DNA of 64,000 bases from the human T2T-CHM13v2.0 reference genome, Homo sapiens, in NCBI RefSeq assembly GCF_009914755.1, contig NC_060935.1. The stretch is one strand, 5' to 3'. Positions 58,633-64,000 of the stretch are shown piece by piece. Within the stretch, counting starts at the first letter, position 1, and each line of letters starts with the position of its first letter. Under the pieces are notes generated by a model. That model was not told the origin of the DNA, ran no database searches, and worked only from the letters and a program-made list of their open reading frames with translations. The translations under genes were made by a program, and so were the position numbers.

Positions 58633-58916
58633 AACACAGGTATTATTAAAAAGGATGTCTGAATACACAGAAAGTTAGTACTTAACAGAGTTTTGTTAAG
58701 TTTCTAATTTTAAAAATCAGAGACAGAGATAAGAATTTTAAAAACATATTTCATGAAATTGCTTATACATATCTTTCATTAGCTTCTACAACACACAGAT
58801 GTAAAAATTCTACCTTAAATTTTTCAGGACAAAGCTATGTATAAATGCTATTAAAACCTATGTTTTTACACCAATTTAGTGATTAATGGAAAATATTTAT
58901 ATCAAGAGAATATTGT

Positions 58917-59545
58917 TGCCGGGCACGGTGGCTCATGCCTGTAATCTCAGTACTTTGGGAGGCCGAGGCAGGCGGATCACGAGGTCAGGAGTTCGAGACC
59001 AGTCTGGCCAACATAGTGAAACCCGGTCTCTACTAAAAATACAAAAAATTAGCTGGGTGTGGTGTGTGCCTGTAATCTCAGCTACTGGGGAGGCTGAGAT
59101 AGCAGAATTGCACGAACCTGGGAGGCAGGGGCTGCAGTGAGCCAAGATCGCGCCACTGCACTCAAGCCCAGGTGACAGTGTGAGACCTCATCTCAAAAGA
59201 AAATAAAAGAGAATATTGTTTAACCTCAATGAGACATTTCTGGCTAGGTATGGTGGCTCGCGCCTGTAATCCCAGCACTTTGGGAGGCTGAGGCAGGCAG
59301 ATCACTTAAGGTCAGGAGTTCGAGACCATCCTGGGCAACATGGAGAAACCCTGTCTCTAGTAAAAATAAAAAATTAGCCAAACATGATGGCACATGCCTG
59401 TAGTCCCTGCAACTCAGGAGGCTGAGGCAGGAGAATCGCTTGAATCCAGGAGGCAGAGGCTGCAATGAGCTGAGATCACACCACTACACTTCAGCCTGGG
59501 CGACAGAGTGAGACTTTGTCTCAAAAAAAAAAAAAAAAAAAAAAA
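58917..59545 (+). mobile_element. Two Alus: 58917-59208 (TSD AAGAGAATATTGTT) and 59242-59545 (TSD GAGACATTTCT)
   Basis: Alu motifs and flanking duplications. Confidence 0.92.
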
Positions 59546-60639
59546 GAGACATTTCTAGTCTATAAATATATTAGTATGTTTTTAATTGAAACTGGCATCT
59601 ATTAGTAGCAGAATAGATAATTTCATAAAATGTCACATGGAAAACAAAGAAACCTAGATGCATATCCTGGGGTTCCATCTCTAACTTGAAACAAAACCTG
59701 GTCTTTCAAGTCTTTCTTTTCTTCTATTAAAAAAAGTATAAAAATAATAATAAAAAATAAATTGCCTAAACCATTATATATCAAAGACACATATTTATAT
59801 ACCAAATATTTGTATATTTCCACTCTTCCCTCATAAAAATATTTACTCCCTCCTCCCCACTCTTAATCTCTTAATTTTAATCTGCAAGTTTATTGGTTTA
59901 AACTTAATTAAACCAATTAAATCCTTAATTTTCTCCCACTCTTAAATGTCTTAAAAGTGGTCTTGCCCTGCCTCTTTTCCATACCTACTTCTCCTAAAGC
60001 AATATATTGTGCTCTTTTCCATACCTACTCCTTCAAAAGCAATAAAAGAGCAGTCATGGCAGCAACATACCCAGCAAGTCGTCTGGAGAGATGCTGCCAG
60101 CCAGCAAACGTCTCCCATCTCGAGAAAACCACTCATATGAATATGTACTCAAACACAGTGCCACACATTAGAGACAACATAGACACAATAAACATTCTCT
60201 CCTTTGTCTTTTAACTCTGAGGGTAACCCTCAGTCTCCTTTCTACCTAATGCAATGGAAAAATAGCCTCATGCTCGACACATTGAGCTCTGTTAGGTCAG
60301 TGGCACAAGACTCACACCTGTCAGGTGGTAAAACAGGTGTTATAAAGTCTAGTCCATGCAGTGCCTGCACTGAAGCATCAATAATTCATAGCAGATTGCC
60401 TGATTTTACTTTTGAGATACTCTTTTCCCTAAGCCTAATTTTAATTATTTTAAATTTTTTTCTGCCTTTTCGGACTTAGAAATGACCTCTGAACATAATT
60501 GTGGTCTCTCCAGAAACCAAAATATTCCAAGAGAACTCATCTGCCAATTTACTGGGAGAAAGCTGCACAACAAAGAACAGTATAAACTGAATAAGGCAAC
60601 TCTGGCAGTCCAATCAACACAATAATGGAATCTACTAAA

Positions 60640-61310
60640 GAAGTTCTTAATCATTTTATTTTTCCTGCATGGGCCCTGCTGGTGAAGCCTATGAACTCTT
60701 TCTAAGAAAAGTATTTTTAAATGCATAAAATACATGCACACAATACAGAAAATTACAAAAGAAACCAATTACACTGGAATATGATTATCAAAATATAAAA
60801 AACACAAACCTTGAGTAATATATATGCTTTTTTAATACTTTAAGTAACAGTTAAGTTATTTCGAGACAGCTTTAATGTATTCCAAAAGTATCTACCGTTT
60901 CTATTAGAAACAGTCTCTGGGCTGGTTATGGTGGCTCATGCCTGTAATCTCAACACTTTGGGAGACCAAGGCAGGAAGATGGCTTGGGGCCGGGAGTTCA
61001 AAACCAGTCTGGGCAATCTACAAAAAATAAAAAAATTAGCTGTGTGTAGTGATGTGCACCTGTAGTCCCAGCTATTCTAAAGGGTCACTTGAACCCAGGA
61101 GTGATGGTGCCACTGCACTCCAGCCTGGGCAACAGAGTGAGATCCCATCTCTATAAAAAATAAAAATTAAATTAAAAAATAGACGACACAGTCTCTGGTA
61201 CTGTACTGCTAATGCTAATGTTGTCTATACTCATAACAAGAAAATGTAAAAATAAAGATGTAACTTTTTCCCCATTCAAGGTCATAGGTCCCCGGGTTTA
61301 AAACCTTTAA
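60640..61310. mobile_element. Probable hAT-Charlie relic interrupted by a diverged Alu (60920-61180, +)
   Basis: TTTTTAAATGCATAAAATA...ATTACAAAAGAAACCAATTA resembles recalled Charlie4-type sequence; Alu flanked by ACAGTCTCTG duplication. Confidence 0.5.
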
Positions 61311-62766
61311 TATACAAAGAACTATGCTTATTATGCTGTTAGCTCAGTGTTAATAAATTTTATGGCAATAATAATGCACTTTTACCTAAATAATGACATG
61401 TCATCCCGTCATCCCAAAGTGAAGCAAAGAGGACAAGAATTTTTAGCTCCATTTTGCAAGTAAAGAAATAAGGCCAAAAGCAAGAAGGGTAGTGAATACA
61501 GGGAGCATCTGTAGAATGCTCACTCTCCACTCTGCCTACACTTCCTATCTTCACAATAACTGCCCTCCCCCTTCCTGCCCAAGACAGGTGTTACAATCTC
61601 TCATTCTTCTAAAAAAGAAATTAAGATTCAGATAAATGACTTGCTCAATGTCAGGGGGCTACTTAACAAGACATAAGTCCTTTAAAATCCTAGTCTTGGG
61701 CTCTTTTGATTATCTTATTCTACTTTTCTCAGATACCATTTTAGACAAGTTCATTCGAAACAATTACTAGGGCTTTTCAAGAAGTAGGCTATTAAAGCTC
61801 TCTATTGTTAGCAGGTCAAGAGACTACCTCTAAAGATGTTTTAAGTGCACATTAATAACTGGTATGATCATCTCTGTAAATGGATTTCCTGTAAGGGTGA
61901 GAGGCAGTTTTAAATAAGATATTAAGTCTTGCTCATGTAGAAATGATTTCTGGTTTAATGATATTTTCAAGGAAATGAAATATTCAACGTTTGAGTAATA
62001 TACATGTTACTGAAAATGCAAAGCAAATTTCTAAAATTTATAAAGCTGAACTGCAATATTAACACCAAAGTTTTACACTGAGTTTAGGATCTCTTCTAAG
62101 AGTTTTGTAAATTTAAAAAGGAAAATCATACCTGTATTGTTCCTAAGGTGAGCAGAAAACAAAATAATACACTATCATTTGCAATTATTAAATACTAAAA
62201 GGTAAGAAAGCTAAATCCAGTTCAACTTCCTCATTTCACTCTTAAGAAAACATTAAACATTCACATAAAAATGTTTAGAAATGGGAAAACAGGTTCATGC
62301 AAGTCACTTATATAACAGGAAAGAAGCAAACACAAAATAATTCTCACAAATAATTCTACCCTTAATGTGCTTTGAAACATCAGATATTATAGCTTATTTT
62401 CAAAACAGAACAAAGTCAGTATGTTTCTTAAATGTCTTTATAATTAGACAATATTCTCTAACACAGTCAACGAGGCTATATGGCAGTTCTATTGCTATAA
62501 AAAAATTAAGCTTCTAATTTTCTAGATATTAACTCCCTTTTTTGAAAAACTGATACAATGCCTGGTTCACAGTTGGGCCTCAAAATGTCTGTTGATTTTG
62601 TTGGTGAATTAATCTTACACATAATACTAGTTTTAATTTTTCTGTTGATTAGTGTCAAGGGCAATAGTTTCCTCTCTTTTTTTATGTTGTAAAATGACCA
62701 AACTAATAAGCATCACTAAGAAGAGAGAACCAACATGAACATGGGGAACAAAAAAAGCTCCTTACA

Positions 62767-63071
<305 letters not shown>

Positions 63072-63444
63072 CTTTTTACAACTAGGCCTCCCAAATTCAA
63101 GCCTTAACCATCTCTATCCAAAACTGTTTTAATAATTTCAATTAAGTTGACAATCAAATTAAAGGCCAGATAATTTGACACACTTAATGATAACTGTAAT
63201 TACCATGCTGCTTGTTGATTAGATATTAGCAGTAAGCTTTCTGGTGATATATACTAACTTTGCTGAATAGCCAAACTAAGTTTTTATAGTTTTTCTAAGT
63301 CTAGAACCTATAAACAGCTTAAGTATCAGGAGTCCTCACAATGGCTAAGAAAATTTAATCCAAGCCAAAGGGATCTAAAGTCAATTAACCACAGCTGAGA
63401 TTTTCTATGTTCCCATTCTCCCTTTCACTCAGAGTCCTTATGTT

Positions 63445-63822
<378 letters not shown>

Positions 63823-64000
63823 TTACGTTGCATTAATGCATCCACATTATTCCATGTACTCACCAGGATTTTTTGTTATAAACAAAAATACCCACTCTGG
63901 TTAACTTATTAAAAGATTATCAGTCAATTTACAAAAACAACAGGAAGATTTAACAAAGAAAAAAAAACAGAGGAAGCAAGAAACATCCAGAACTCACAGC

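Noticed and set aside
59951-60768. Cluster of short overlapping ORFs in intron 1
   Set aside because: Mostly non-ATG starts, no homology, and partly overlapping a DNA-transposon relic.

Overview
AT-rich, Alu-dense primate (very probably human) genomic DNA containing the complete coding region of the ERM-family gene radixin (RDX) on the minus strand. I traced 13 coding exons (conventional exons 2-14) by hand. All have GT-AG boundaries and they join into a 1752-nt ORF (583 aa + stop, ATG at 53505, TGA at 5690-5688). A ~2.4-kb 3' UTR runs to an AATAAA at 3281-3276. Non-coding exon 1 and the promoter are not in the window, so everything above 53569 is intron 1. The introns hold about 55 Alu copies plus L1, MIR, MaLR and Tigger/hAT relics, and most ORFs in the supplied track are Alu or antisense artefacts. 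I found no evidence of a new gene or an undescribed biological system. The most interesting unexplained structures are: (1) a 196-bp, 99%-identical direct repeat (a locally templated Alu copy with quasi-palindromic junctions) bracketing the start-codon exon; (2) a second local templated insertion, of Tigger3a sequence into an Alu; (3) a diverged ~90-bp duplication across the 3' end; (4) tightly overlapping miRNA seed sites, including hair-cell miR-182/96 and an extended let-7 site; (5) a convergent pair of CTCF-like motifs with identical cores in intron 9. Repeat subfamily names come from recalled consensus sequences and their boundaries are approximate.
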